Below are positions 8,595-17,873 of a DNA stretch of 64,000 nucleotides, piece by piece. This DNA comes from Archangium sp. (GTDB lineage: Bacteria > Myxococcota > Myxococcia > Myxococcales > Myxococcaceae), in NCBI GenBank assembly GCA_047600485.1, contig JASGKS010000001.1, forward strand, positions 6,848,259 to 6,912,258, written 5' to 3'. The first letter of the stretch is position 1. Each line of letters opens with the position of its first letter. The notes under the pieces are model-generated. The model did no database searches and was not told where the DNA came from. It saw nothing but the letters and a program-made list of their open reading frames with translations. Both the position numbers and the translations under genes were made by a program.

Positions 8595-9613
8595 TTCGTC
8601 ACAAGCTCGCGGCGATTCCCGAGAAGGCTCAGCTGCAGTTGCCGGTGGCGATTGCTCCGTCGCTCGACGCGTTGGTGGTGAAGGCTCCGAAGGTCGTGCC
8701 GTTCACCGCCGAAGACCTGATGCTCTTCGCGGATCAGCTCGCTCGTGAGCGCGCGCCGAAGATGAAACGGAAGTACGGAGAGAAGCTGCAGCTCGGAGAC
8801 GTCGCCGTCATCGACGTGCTGGCGTACCACCAGGGCAAGCTGCTCCCGTTCAGCGCGCGTCAGGGCATGGAGATTGAAGTCGGCGCCGGCGATTCGCTGC
8901 CGTGGCTCGACGAGTCGCTGCTCGAGTGCGCGGTCGGTGACGGGCTCGAGCTGCCGGTCACGTTGCCGAACGACGAGCTGGTCGAGGCGATGCGCGGAGC
9001 CGAGGTCACGTATCTGGTCGACGTCGTGTCGGCGTACCGCGTCGAGCTGCCGTCGGTGGACAGTGCGGACTTCTTGTCTCTGCTGAGCCGCAAGGCCACG
9101 ACGCTCGACGGCGCGATGGAAGAACTGTCGGAGCAGCTCGAAGCGCAGCGCATCGCCGAAGCGTGGGAAGAAGCGCGCGAGTGCGTCATCGACGAGCTCG
9201 TTCGTCGCACCGAGGTAACGCTCTCGCCCGAGCTGGTCGACGAAGAAATCAAGCGCGCGTGGATGCGCGTCGAGCTGCCGCTGCTCGAGTCGAAGGGCTT
9301 CGAGCCCGATGAACTTCGTGAAGCGCTGAGCGGTTGGCTCGGTGATGGCCCCACGCGCACCGACGCCGAGCGCAGACTGCGGCTCGCGCTCGGAGTGAAG
9401 GCCTTCGCCGAGAAGGAACAGCTCACCTTCGACAAGGACGCGATGAAGTTGATGGTCGACGACGCGAAGGCGCGCTTCGGAATCAACAAGGAAGAGGTGC
9501 GCAAGGCGCTGAAGGACCCGCGCGCTCCGGCGCACGACCAGATGGTCGCGGTCGGAATTCAGATGCGCGTGCTCGAGCTGGCGATGAGCGCTGCGAAGAT
9601 CGACTGGGTGTGA
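8591..9613 (+). CDS. Trigger-factor-like protein (PPIase-like plus TF C-terminal domain) lacking the N-terminal ribosome-binding domain
   Basis: 340 aa. The stretch GDVAVIDVLAYHQGKLLPFSARQGMEIEVGAGDSLPWLDESL...VTLPNDELVEAMRGAEVTYLVDVVSAYRVELPSVDSADF parallels the E. coli Tig segment GDRVTIDFTGSVDGEEF...MIPGFEDGI...[36 protein letters not shown]. The C-terminal helical arm begins TLSPELVDEEIKRA. There is no GFRxGKVP-type N-domain. Confidence 0.55.
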   Translation: MIRHKLAAIPEKAQLQLPVAIAPSLDALVVKAPKVVPFTAEDLMLFADQLARERAPKMKRKYGEKLQLGDVAVIDVLAYHQGKLLPFSARQGMEIEVGAGDSLPWLDESLLECAVGDGLELPVTLPNDELVEAMRGAEVTYLVDVVSAYRVELPSVDSADFLSLLSRKATTLDGAMEELSEQLEAQRIAEAWEEARECVIDELVRRTEVTLSPELVDEEIKRAWMRVELPLLESKGFEPDELREALSGWLGDGPTRTDAERRLRLALGVKAFAEKEQLTFDKDAMKLMVDDAKARFGINKEEVRKALKDPRAPAHDQMVAVGIQMRVLELAMSAAKIDWV

Positions 9614-9614
9614 A

Positions 9615-10028
9615 TCAGCGCGGCGTGATGGGCGCCTTCTTGAACCGGCCCCACGCGACGAACGCCGCGAGACCACCCATCACGAAGTTGGGCACCAGGC
9701 CGCCGTACTCTCCACGCGAGACGTGGAAGCCGGCGGCGAGAATCATCACCACGACGAGCCCGGCGGCGGCGAGCGCGGTGAGCTTCGGCTGAATGCGCGT
9801 GAGCGACGGGAGCAGCAGCCCGATTCCTCCGAGCAGCTCGCTGACGCCGATGAAGCGCACCAGCGCGGGTGGAACGGCGCCGGGCCACACCATCTGCTTC
9901 GCGAGCTCTTCGATGGGCGCGGTCGACTTCATGAGACCCGCCATTCCGAACGCGAGCGCGAGCAGGACCTGAACGATCCACAGCGCGATGTTGAGACCCT
10001 TCGAGGGCTGGGTGGTTTCGGTCGACAT
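9615..10028 (-). CDS. DoxX-family membrane protein
   Basis: 137 aa with four TM helices. The LALAFGMAGLMK and LLGGIGLLLP motifs are typical of DoxX. It is divergent from an HxlR regulator, the classic pairing. Confidence 0.8.
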   Translation of the reverse strand: MSTETTQPSKGLNIALWIVQVLLALAFGMAGLMKSTAPIEELAKQMVWPGAVPPALVRFIGVSELLGGIGLLLPSLTRIQPKLTALAAAGLVVVMILAAGFHVSRGEYGGLVPNFVMGGLAAFVAWGRFKKAPITPR

Positions 10029-10092
10029 GACGTGGTTCCTGTTCGTGCTCCCGGTGCCTGCATGGCCCGTTGGTACCTGTTAGTAACTGGCC

Positions 10093-10536
10093 ATGCCGAG
10101 AGCGCAAGAAGGCACATTGATGTCACCGGGTCTGAAGAAGGTGGCGGTTCCAGTTCGCGCGGTCGACCCGGCGTGCATGGCGGTGCGCGACGTGCTCTCG
10201 CTGGTCGGCGACAAGTGGAGCGTGCTGGTGGTCGGCATTCTCGGCAACGGCACGCAGCGGTTCAGCGAGTTGAAGCGCTCCATCGAGGGCATCTCGCAGC
10301 GCATGCTGACGCTCACGCTGCGCGGGCTCGAGCGCGATGGCTTGGTGAAGCGCACGGTGTTTCCGACCGTGCCTCCGCGGGTGGAATACGAGCTGACGAA
10401 GCTCGGCCGCACGTTGCTCGGGCCGGTGAGCGCGCTCGCGAGCTGGGCGAACGAGAATCACGAAGAGCTCACGGCGGCGCGGAAGAAATACGAGCTCAAG
10501 AATCCCCCTCTCCCGCGAGGGAGAGGGTTGGGGTGA
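10093..10536 (+). CDS. HxlR-family (MarR-like winged-helix) transcriptional regulator; C-terminus extended by the dispersed repeat
   Basis: The core [75 protein letters not shown] is canonical HxlR. The likely start is MSPGLKK (about 10120). The last 10 aa ([10 protein letters not shown]) are encoded by repeat copy 2. Confidence 0.8.
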   Translation: MPRAQEGTLMSPGLKKVAVPVRAVDPACMAVRDVLSLVGDKWSVLVVGILGNGTQRFSELKRSIEGISQRMLTLTLRGLERDGLVKRTVFPTVPPRVEYELTKLGRTLLGPVSALASWANENHEELTAARKKYELKNPPLPRGRGLG

Positions 10537-10539
10537 GGG
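10503..10539 (+). repeat. Dispersed palindromic repeat, copy 2 (GCGA-loop subtype), forming the 3' end of the HxlR ORF and lying between convergent genes
   Basis: CCCCCTCTCCCGCGAGGGAGAGGGTTGGGGTGAGGGT. Coordinates are corrected by -1 for the label drift in this zone. Confidence 0.7.
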
Positions 10540-10547
10540 TCGAAGAC

Positions 10548-11447
10548 TCAGCGAAGTCTGGCTTGCGTCTGCACGTCAGCGAACTCAGCAACCGCTGAGA
10601 GCACCGCCTTCAGCACCGGGCTCGCGCGTCGCTCCGGCAGATAGAGCACGAAGATGTCGATGCTCTGCCCCACGTGCGTCGGCAGCACGCGCACCAATCG
10701 CTCGTCGGCGACTTCCGAGAACACGACGTGAAAGGGCAGCAGCGCAATGCCCACGCCCGCGACCGCGGCCTCACGCAGCGCCGAGAGATCATTCGTCACC
10801 AACCGCGTCGCCACCGGAAACGAACCGCCCTTCAGCCTCGGCCACGCGGGCGCGCTGCCTGGCGTCGCCATCGTCAGCAGCGCATGGCCCTGCAGCTCAT
10901 CGATGTTCTGCGGCGTGCCGTGCGCCTTCAGATAGTCGGGTGACGCCACGGCGATGAGCTCGGCTTCCGCGAGGCGCCGCCGCAACCAGCCGCTCGGCTC
11001 CGGAGTACCCATCACCAACACCGCGTCGAACCCGTCTTCCAGCCGCAGCGACTGCCGGTCGGTCACGGTGAGCTCGAGGTCGATGAGCGGGTGACGCGAG
11101 TGCAGGAACGCGAAGAACCAACCGATGAACGCGCCGCTCACGCCGGCCGGCATCGCGAGGCGAAGTACCCCTCGTACTTCGTTGCCGGTGGCGAGCACTT
11201 CTTCCCGCACCGTTTCCAACTGTGCCAACGACGCAACGGCGCCCTCGACCAGCCGACGCCCGGCGGTGGTGAGCACGAAGCGATGCGTGGTGCGCTCGGC
11301 AATCTTCAACCCGAGAATTTCTTCCACGCGCGCGAGGCGACGACTCACGGTACTGCGCGGAACTCCGAGCTCGCGGGCGCTCTGACTCACCGAGCCGGTG
11401 CGGGCGAGATTCACCACCGTTGGAAGCAGCGGGAGGAGTTCTTCCAT
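10548..11447 (-). CDS. LysR-family transcriptional regulator
   Basis: 299 aa. The HTH is MEELLPLLPTVVNLARTGSVSQSARELGVPRSTVSRRLARVEEILGLKIAERTTHRFVLTTAGRRL, followed by a LysR substrate-binding domain. The track ORF 10548..12194 fuses it to a wrong-frame N-terminal extension that is antisense to the divergent + gene. Confidence 0.85.
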   Translation of the reverse strand: MEELLPLLPTVVNLARTGSVSQSARELGVPRSTVSRRLARVEEILGLKIAERTTHRFVLTTAGRRLVEGAVASLAQLETVREEVLATGNEVRGVLRLAMPAGVSGAFIGWFFAFLHSRHPLIDLELTVTDRQSLRLEDGFDAVLVMGTPEPSGWLRRRLAEAELIAVASPDYLKAHGTPQNIDELQGHALLTMATPGSAPAWPRLKGGSFPVATRLVTNDLSALREAAVAGVGIALLPFHVVFSEVADERLVRVLPTHVGQSIDIFVLYLPERRASPVLKAVLSAVAEFADVQTQARLR

Positions 11448-11525
11448 GCCCCGGGCCCTGTAGCACCAACGCACCACCAGATGGCATGCATGAGGCATCG
11501 ACGAGACACCCCTTTCCGGTGCCTC

Positions 11526-12395
11526 ATGCGTCGCATGCTTGGTTTCTACGACGCCGCTCCGAAGTTGCAGTCCAGCGAACAGGTGCTCGGCGCGTACAAG
11601 TCGTTCCTCGTCGCGCGCAACGGAGAAGGCTTCTCCGCGCGCGAGCAGAAGATGCACGAGGTCTTCGACGCCACGCGCGCTCCCACGGCGCGGAGCATCG
11701 ACGGCACGCACTTCAATCAGGTGTACCTGGGCGCTCCGGTGACCGGCATGAGCTCCGACGAACTCGCGCTGCTGGCCTTCGTGAAGATGAACGCCGGCGA
11801 AGCGTACGGCGTGGAGTGCGTGGCGAAGGCGCGCGAGCAGGAAGTCGAGAAGCCCGGCGTGGCGAGCGACGTGGAAAAGCTCATCACCCACGAGGAGATG
11901 TTCCACACGCGAATCCTCCTCGGCGCGGCGGGCCACTTCGACGGCGGTGATGGTCAGCGGCTCACGGTGCGCGGCGCGTGGACGCCGTCGGTGATGGTGC
12001 GCACGCTCATCGGAGCGCTGGTGCACGCGCCGCGGTCGCTGTTCCACCCGGTGCTGCTGGGCGCGGAAATCGCGGGCGTGTTCGCTTTCAACTGGATGCT
12101 CGAGCGGCTCTCGTCGCTGTTCCCCGAAGCGCCCGCAGTGCGGGAGTCGATGGAGCAGCGGCTGCACGAAGTACTCGTCGACGAGGTCGGTCACATCGCG
12201 TTCAATCGCGTGCTCGTCGGAGCGCCGGGCCGAGCGGTCGCTCGCAGCATCGCGTCGCAGGTCGTGTGGGCGCAGCAGCTCACGTCGCCGGAATTGAAGG
12301 CGCTTGGTTTTGATTCATCGGTGCTCAGCCGGATGAGCACCTTCGACCTCAGCTCGTTGCCAGCCGAGGTCCAACGTCGCGCGTTCTTCGCGTGA
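11526..12395 (+). CDS. Ferritin-like / diiron-carboxylate family protein (two E-x2-H motifs)
   Basis: 289 aa, divergent from LysR. The two motifs are ITHEEMFHTRI and VDEVGHIAFNRV. The first 145 codons of track ORF 11091..12395 are antisense to LysR and are rejected. Confidence 0.45.
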   Translation: MRRMLGFYDAAPKLQSSEQVLGAYKSFLVARNGEGFSAREQKMHEVFDATRAPTARSIDGTHFNQVYLGAPVTGMSSDELALLAFVKMNAGEAYGVECVAKAREQEVEKPGVASDVEKLITHEEMFHTRILLGAAGHFDGGDGQRLTVRGAWTPSVMVRTLIGALVHAPRSLFHPVLLGAEIAGVFAFNWMLERLSSLFPEAPAVRESMEQRLHEVLVDEVGHIAFNRVLVGAPGRAVARSIASQVVWAQQLTSPELKALGFDSSVLSRMSTFDLSSLPAEVQRRAFFA

Positions 12396-12413
12396 CGGTC
12401 TGGGGGTGGAGTC

Positions 12414-12998
12414 GTGATTTCTCTCGTGCTCGTGGTGCTGGCCGCGCCTCCTGAGGACGCGCCGTTCAAGTTCGTCGAAGAGGTCGGTGACATTCGCGTC
12501 GAAGCGCGCCCGCGTGAGGGTTCTGACTTCAGTGAGCTGCGATTGAGCACGGTGACCAACGTAACGGTCGACGCGCTGTGCACCGCGGCGTTCGGTGATG
12601 GCTCGATTCCGCCCGGAGATCCGTACGTGCGTGAGCGCAGGGTGTTGCGCGAGGTCTCGCGTGATGAGCGCATCATGTACGACCGCGTGGTGCCGCCGCT
12701 CGTCTCGGAGCGCGACTACGCGGTGCGCGTGAAGCGTGAACGCGGGCAGACGAACTGCGTGGTGAAGTTCGATTTGGCGAACGAAGCGGCGCCGCCGCCG
12801 GTCGCAGATCGCGTGCGCTTGCCGCGGCTGACCATCACCTGGCGCTTCGAGAAGAACGCCGAAGGGAAGACGACGGTCGTCTACACCGCGCACTCCGAGC
12901 CGGGCGGGAGCGTGACCGCGTTCATCTCAGAGGGGCCGCGACGAAAGACCGAGATCGACGTGGTGCGGCGCACGCTGAAGCGAGCCTCCGGAATCTAA
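12414..12998 (+). CDS. START/SRPBCC-like lipid-binding-fold protein (tentative)
   Basis: 194 aa, 18 nt downstream of the diiron gene (probable operon). It has a beta-rich pattern containing TITWRFEKNAEGKTTVVYTAHSEPGG. The family assignment comes from motif resemblance only. Confidence 0.35.
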   Translation: MISLVLVVLAAPPEDAPFKFVEEVGDIRVEARPREGSDFSELRLSTVTNVTVDALCTAAFGDGSIPPGDPYVRERRVLREVSRDERIMYDRVVPPLVSERDYAVRVKRERGQTNCVVKFDLANEAAPPPVADRVRLPRLTITWRFEKNAEGKTTVVYTAHSEPGGSVTAFISEGPRRKTEIDVVRRTLKRASGI

Positions 12999-13086
12999 GT
13001 CTCCTCTGGAGAGGCGGCCATGAGTTGGGCGGCGCCCAAACGAACTCACGCTGCCTCACCTGCGTGCACGCTCGCGGCGTGGCACG

Positions 13087-15090
13087 GTGGCACGCATGCG
13101 TTGGTCGCTCCTCTGTTTCACGCTCGTAGCGTGCGCCCCACCCGACCCTGACTCGGCTCGCATCTACGCCTTCGAAGAAGACCGCGAATCGGTTCGCTCC
13201 GCGCTGCATGGCCTGAGCACCGCCGCACGCTTCACGCAGGACACCGACCTCGAGCGCGCTGCCGCCGAGCTCGGGCTGGGGCTCGTCCTCATCCGCGATG
13301 GGCAGACGTGCCCCGGGTGTTACGAGCTGATTCCCCGCAACGAGCGTGTCGTCGAGCTGCATGCGTCGACCGAGCTGGGCGTGCAGTACGGCCTCGCGCA
13401 CTGGCTCGAGTCACTCGGTTACGGCTTCTTTCACCCGAACCACACGCGCGAGCCCGAGCACTTCCCGAAGAAGCTCTCGCTCACGGCGGCGAAGTACGTG
13501 CCCGAGATTCCGCGGCGAGGACTGCACCTGCACACGCTCCACCCCATCGAGCCGATGTTCGATTTCTGGGTGCCGTCGGACGAACACTTCGAAGGCGCGA
13601 AGGCGACCATCGACTGGCTGATTCGCAATCGCGGCAACTACATCCAATGGGCGGCGCTCGACGACATTCGCAAGGACCCGGCGAAGGCCGCGCAGTGGCG
13701 CGTGCACACCAACCGCATTCTCTCCTACGCGAGCGAGCGCGGCGTTGAGACCGGGCTCACCGTGCAGCTCTTCGACAACGCGTCGCTGCAGCAGTCGTAC
13801 ACGCTCATCGATTCGGCGCGCCCTGATGACGAGGCGGCGTTGACCGAGCGGCTGCGCACCGTGGTCGACGGCGTTCCGTTCGGAAATCTCAACGTGTCGT
13901 TCGGCGAGTTCTTCGGCGCCGACCCGCAGGCCTTCATCGACAAGGTCGACACCACCGAGCGATTGCTGAGCGCCATTCGTCCTGACGCGTCGATGTCGGC
14001 GGTGGTGCACGTTGGCGACACGCCAGAGCTGCGCGTCACGTACCAGGGCCGCGAGCAGCTCTATTACTTCCTCGTGCGGTACGTGAACCCGCGCATCATC
14101 CCGCGCGTGCACACGGTGATGTTCTACAACTTGTTCGATTCCGCGGGCGGCGCGTACCAGCACCGTGACTTCTCGGAGCACCGCGAGTTCCTGCGCGAGC
14201 GCATCGAGCGCGGAGTTCCCGCGAGCTACTACCCGGAGTCGGCGTATTGGGTCGCGTTCGACAACTCGGTGCCGACGTATTTGCCGGTGTACCTGCGCTC
14301 GCGCTTCACCGACCTCGCGGGCATTCGCGCGCTGGCAGACACCGGCTTCGCCAACCTCGATGAGCACCTGGTGTTCAGCAGCGGTTGGGAATGGGGCTAC
14401 TGGCAGAACGACGCGATGACGCTGCGCATGTCGTACGCGCTGCCGTCGAAGTGGAGTGACGGGCTCGACGCTGCGCTCGGCCCGACGGCGGGCGACATCG
14501 CGCGACGGCTCGGTGAGGTGCAGCACCGCGCGCTCATCGTCGAAGAGCTCGCTCCGTGGTTGGCGGGGAGAGATCAGGTCATCGACGCTGCGGCCACGCT
14601 CGGCCACATCGCCGCGCCGGATCGCCTGGCGTTCTCCGCGTTGGGTGCGGACTTCGGCGCGACGCTGCAGAAGCTCGAGACGCACGCGCTCGAGGTCGAA
14701 GCGCTCGCGAGCGAGGCGTCGCCGCTGCGAGGTGACGATGCGTTCTTGAACGAGTTCGTCGACGGCGTGGAAATCACCGCGGCGCGCACGCGCTTCATCT
14801 GGGCAGTGGCTTCCGCGGCGCGCGCCTTCAATCTGGGTCAGCCGCACGACGCGTTCCTGCAGCAAGCGCAGGATGCCTTCGCGCGCGGCACGCGACTCGC
14901 CGGACAGCGGCGCGTTGGGTTTCACCACCCGAACCCGTCACTGCTCGTCTCCGACGGGAGCAACCCGACGTTCTACGACTACGGCTATCTGCGCGACGCG
15001 AACACGCTGTGCTTCTGGAAACGCGAGCTCGCGCAGGTTCGCAACCTCGTCGAGAACGCCGGGCTCACGGTGCCCGGCTGCGTCCTCTGA
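13087..15090 (+). CDS. Large hypothetical lipoprotein (667 aa); a TIM-barrel glycosidase-like fold is possible but unproven
   Basis: Lipobox LVACAPP. There is no clear catalytic motif. The stop is followed 3 nt later by repeat copy 3. Confidence 0.5.
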   Translation: MARMRWSLLCFTLVACAPPDPDSARIYAFEEDRESVRSALHGLSTAARFTQDTDLERAAAELGLGLVLIRDGQTCPGCYELIPRNERVVELHASTELGVQYGLAHWLESLGYGFFHPNHTREPEHFPKKLSLTAAKYVPEIPRRGLHLHTLHPIEPMFDFWVPSDEHFEGAKATIDWLIRNRGNYIQWAALDDIRKDPAKAAQWRVHTNRILSYASERGVETGLTVQLFDNASLQQSYTLIDSARPDDEAALTERLRTVVDGVPFGNLNVSFGEFFGADPQAFIDKVDTTERLLSAIRPDASMSAVVHVGDTPELRVTYQGREQLYYFLVRYVNPRIIPRVHTVMFYNLFDSAGGAYQHRDFSEHREFLRERIERGVPASYYPESAYWVAFDNSVPTYLPVYLRSRFTDLAGIRALADTGFANLDEHLVFSSGWEWGYWQNDAMTLRMSYALPSKWSDGLDAALGPTAGDIARRLGEVQHRALIVEELAPWLAGRDQVIDAAATLGHIAAPDRLAFSALGADFGATLQKLETHALEVEALASEASPLRGDDAFLNEFVDGVEITAARTRFIWAVASAARAFNLGQPHDAFLQQAQDAFARGTRLAGQRRVGFHHPNPSLLVSDGSNPTFYDYGYLRDANTLCFWKRELAQVRNLVENAGLTVPGCVL

Positions 15091-15093
15091 ACT

Positions 15094-15132
15094 CCCCCTC
15101 TCCCGCGAGGGAGAGGGTCGGGGTGAGGGTGG
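15094..15132 (+). repeat. Dispersed palindromic repeat, copy 3, between convergent genes
   Basis: CCCCCTCTCCCGCGAGGGAGAGGGTCGGGGTGAGGGTGG, starting 4 nt after the TGA at 15088-15090. Confidence 0.75.
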
Positions 15133-15144
15133 ACCGAAAGAAGT

Positions 15145-15846
15145 TCACTTCGGGAGTCGGAGGTCGTTGAGCACTCGCCGAGACTGATCACGGCGGATTG
15201 GCGGGAGACTCTCGTCGTTCGCGAGTTGCTCCAGCCCGTCGAGCAACTTCCACTTCCGCCCACCAGGCGGCAGGCGATGCAGCTCGAGTGACGGTCCCGG
15301 CACGCGACAGACGCGATCGACTCGCACCAGCGCCTGCGAGCCTTGCGCGGCATCGATGACTCCGAAGATGACGACGCCCGTCTGCGCGAGCAGTGAATCG
15401 AAGAGCAGCGCGTCGTTCTCGCGCCACACGCGACGCGGCTCGAACGGATTTTCGATACCGAGCTCGACACTCCCGCCGCGAAGCCCGAGGAACGAGCCGC
15501 ACGTCACTCGCGTCGAGCGCGCGACCTCTTCTTCGATTTCCGCGAGCGTCAGCTCGGCGTCAACCGATGGGAGATACCGACCGACGAGCCGGTACTCGGT
15601 GATCATCTGACTGCAGTCGAGCTCGAGCACGCCGAGCTGGCCGCGCACGTGAATGGTCTGCCCCGGCTCGAAAGACTCGCCGCTCGCGACGCTCGGAGCG
15701 TCAGCCCATTCCTGCGGCAAACACGGAGGCAACGCCTCGACGCGCGCACTCCATTCGCGCCAGGTCTGTGCGCGCACGTCAACCGCAACCGGTTCGGGGC
15801 GGTGCGCACAGCTCATCGCGAAGACGGCGAAGAGAAGAAATCTCAC
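15145..15846 (-). CDS. Hypothetical secreted protein or lipoprotein
   Basis: A GTG start gives MRFLLFAVFAMSCAHRP.. (signal peptide with a Cys). The start overlaps the stop of the upstream SGNH paralog by 4 nt. The upstream part of track ORF 15145..16017 is rejected as an antisense extension. Confidence 0.4.
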   Translation of the reverse strand: MRFLLFAVFAMSCAHRPEPVAVDVRAQTWREWSARVEALPPCLPQEWADAPSVASGESFEPGQTIHVRGQLGVLELDCSQMITEYRLVGRYLPSVDAELTLAEIEEEVARSTRVTCGSFLGLRGGSVELGIENPFEPRRVWRENDALLFDSLLAQTGVVIFGVIDAAQGSQALVRVDRVCRVPGPSLELHRLPPGGRKWKLLDGLEQLANDESLPPIRRDQSRRVLNDLRLPK

Positions 15847-17873
15847 TGGCGGCAGCGCCCCGCACGGCCCGCGCCGTTCGCGCACTTCGGTCGAAACCCG
15901 GGATGTCCCTGCGCACACGCCATCAGCGCGACGCAGTCGGCTGCGTACTGCTGGATGCACGGCATGCTCGTCTCTCCCCACACTTCCGTCTTGTCCTCGA
16001 GCAACTGCTGCGCGCACCGCGAGTACTGACTCAGCGCGTCCTGATGCGGCAACGGCGGGTCATCTTCGAACTCGTTCACCGGATGGAAGACGATCTTCTC
16101 GAGCGGGCCGTTCACCGTGAATTGTTCATCGAGCCCCTCGAAGTCGAAGGTGATGACGAATTCCTGCGGAGGCTCGAGGGGAATCACCGCGCTCACGGCT
16201 CCGACACCACCACCGCTCAGCGCGAGCTCGTTCGCATCACCCTTCGTCACCATCACCGAGCGGCCGGACCGACAGAACACGCGCAGCCACGACTTCGCGA
16301 TGCGCGCCTCGCATTCATCGAGAGTGGTTTCGATCGGAATCTGCGGAGCCTCGTCCCACTCCAGCGGCGTCGGCAGCTCGGCCAGCTCACTTCGCGGCGG
16401 AGCCGGCTCGCGCAACGTCTCCGCGATGACCTTCGCAACGACACCCTGCCCCTTCGGCGTGAGGTGAAGATCTCCGTCGAGAAACGCTCCCGGTTCCGTG
16501 GCGCGCAGCGGCTCGAGCAGATCGACCGCACGCATTCCCGCGGCGCGCGTCACCTCGACGAGCTGACGATTCAAGGTGAGCGTGCCCTCGAGATCGATCG
16601 GCTCCGCTCCGTACTTCTTCCACTCGTCACGCGAGACCTGCACGTCGAGCGGCAGCACGACGAGCGTCACCTGCACACCCGGGTGCGAACGCTCGAACTC
16701 CGAAAGCAAGTCACGCACGCTCGTGACCAGCGCCGGAGGCAGCGGCTCGGCCGAAGGCATCGACCACCGCAAATTCTGAATTCGCGCGCGCGCTTCCTTC
16801 TTCTCGGCCTCGAGCGCGAGCCGCTTCGCCCGGGCGTTCTCGATCGCCTTCAGTTGCTGCTCACGAAACACCGCGCGCTTCTTCACGTCTTCGATGCGGG
16901 CATTCTCGAGCTGCTCAGCGGCGAGCCGAATCATGTCCGCGGTGATGGTCACGCGGCGCGACATCTCGAAGCCGCCTTGCCACACGATGTCTCCGGGGTT
17001 CGCGTTCGCCGTCTTCTCGAGCCGGAAGCCACGCAGCGGGCCGGTGCCGATGTGCTGCTCGGGGCCTTCCCACGCCTCGGCCTGCTCCGGCTCGGGCGGC
17101 TGCTTCTCGAGCGTGCGTTTCTCTTTGAGCAGCTCTTCATTCACCGCGCTACGCGCGCTCTTGTCGGCGACTTCATCGCGCGGCGCAGGCTGAAGCTCGA
17201 CCAAATCCTTCCAGTGCCCTTCTGACTTCAGCGACTCACTGATGTCCTTCCCCGCGAGCCAGCGTCGCAGCGCGTAGACCAGATGGGACTTCGCCATCAG
17301 CGCGTGGCGGAACGGAAACTGCGTCACCTCGCCCGGAGCGTTCTCCTTCCGCACCGCCCAGCCGTCCCACACCGCGTGCCGCGTGGTGTTCGGCCGCGTG
17401 AGCTCGAAGAAGTCGTTGCTCGCGTTGAGTACGAACACGACATGCTTCGCCTTGCGCGTCTTCAGAAGCTCGTCGGCGGTCGCCAGGTATTCGCGCGGGC
17501 CGTACGTGGGAACGCCAGCGTTCAGAACCGGAACCTTCAGCTCGGCCGCGAGCACCGCCGACGCAGTCTCACCATCTTCCACGCCCAGCCCGAAGACCTG
17601 GGAGTCACCGACCACGATGACGTCTTCTCCCGTCGTCGCTGGCCATTCACCGCCTCGGAAGCCGAGCGAGTTGGTGCGCGCCGTCGTGATGGGGTTGACG
17701 CCGAGCTTCAGACTTTCGCTCGCGTTCGACTCGAGACGAACCGCGCGCTCGGCATCGGGCACGTAGAAATTCACATGCGGGAACGACGCATCGTCTCGTG
17801 CGCGGAAGAGGAACTCCGCCGCGACGAGACCGATGGTGAGGCCCACGAAAATCTGCAGCGCCTTCTTGATCAC
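15843..17873 (-). CDS. SGNH/GDSL-hydrolase-family protein, paralog of 5691..7658
   Basis: Same architecture as the paralog: TM anchor IFVGLTIGLVAAEF, GDS block VIVVGDSQVFGLGV, DLHLTPKGQGVVA, and a Cys-rich C-terminus. The GTG start at 17873 overlaps the upstream gene's stop as GTGA. The alternative ATG at 17957 would overlap the upstream gene by 88 nt. Confidence 0.6.
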   Translation of the reverse strand: MIKKALQIFVGLTIGLVAAEFLFRARDDASFPHVNFYVPDAERAVRLESNASESLKLGVNPITTARTNSLGFRGGEWPATTGEDVIVVGDSQVFGLGVEDGETASAVLAAELKVPVLNAGVPTYGPREYLATADELLKTRKAKHVVFVLNASNDFFELTRPNTTRHAVWDGWAVRKENAPGEVTQFPFRHALMAKSHLVYALRRWLAGKDISESLKSEGHWKDLVELQPAPRDEVADKSARSAVNEELLKEKRTLEKQPPEPEQAEAWEGPEQHIGTGPLRGFRLEKTANANPGDIVWQGGFEMSRRVTITADMIRLAAEQLENARIEDVKKRAVFREQQLKAIENARAKRLALEAEKKEARARIQNLRWSMPSAEPLPPALVTSVRDLLSEFERSHPGVQVTLVVLPLDVQVSRDEWKKYGAEPIDLEGTLTLNRQLVEVTRAAGMRAVDLLEPLRATEPGAFLDGDLHLTPKGQGVVAKVIAETLREPAPPRSELAELPTPLEWDEAPQIPIETTLDECEARIAKSWLRVFCRSGRSVMVTKGDANELALSGGGVGAVSAVIPLEPPQEFVITFDFEGLDEQFTVNGPLEKIVFHPVNEFEDDPPLPHQDALSQYSRCAQQLLEDKTEVWGETSMPCIQQYAADCVALMACAQGHPGFRPKCANGAGRAGRCRQ

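Noticed and set aside
5200-12100. Apparent 1-nt disagreement between the printed position labels and ORF-track coordinates (e.g. the stop of 5151..5612, the LysR start)
   Set aside because: It is consistent with a formatting drift (one short line and later one long line), not a biological feature. ORF-track coordinates were used, and sequence-derived coordinates in this zone were corrected by -1.
10548-12194. 548-aa track ORF on the minus strand
   Set aside because: Only the C-terminal 299 aa (from MEELLPLL) form the LysR regulator. The N-terminal 249 aa are antisense to the divergent diiron-protein gene and are Arg/His-rich.
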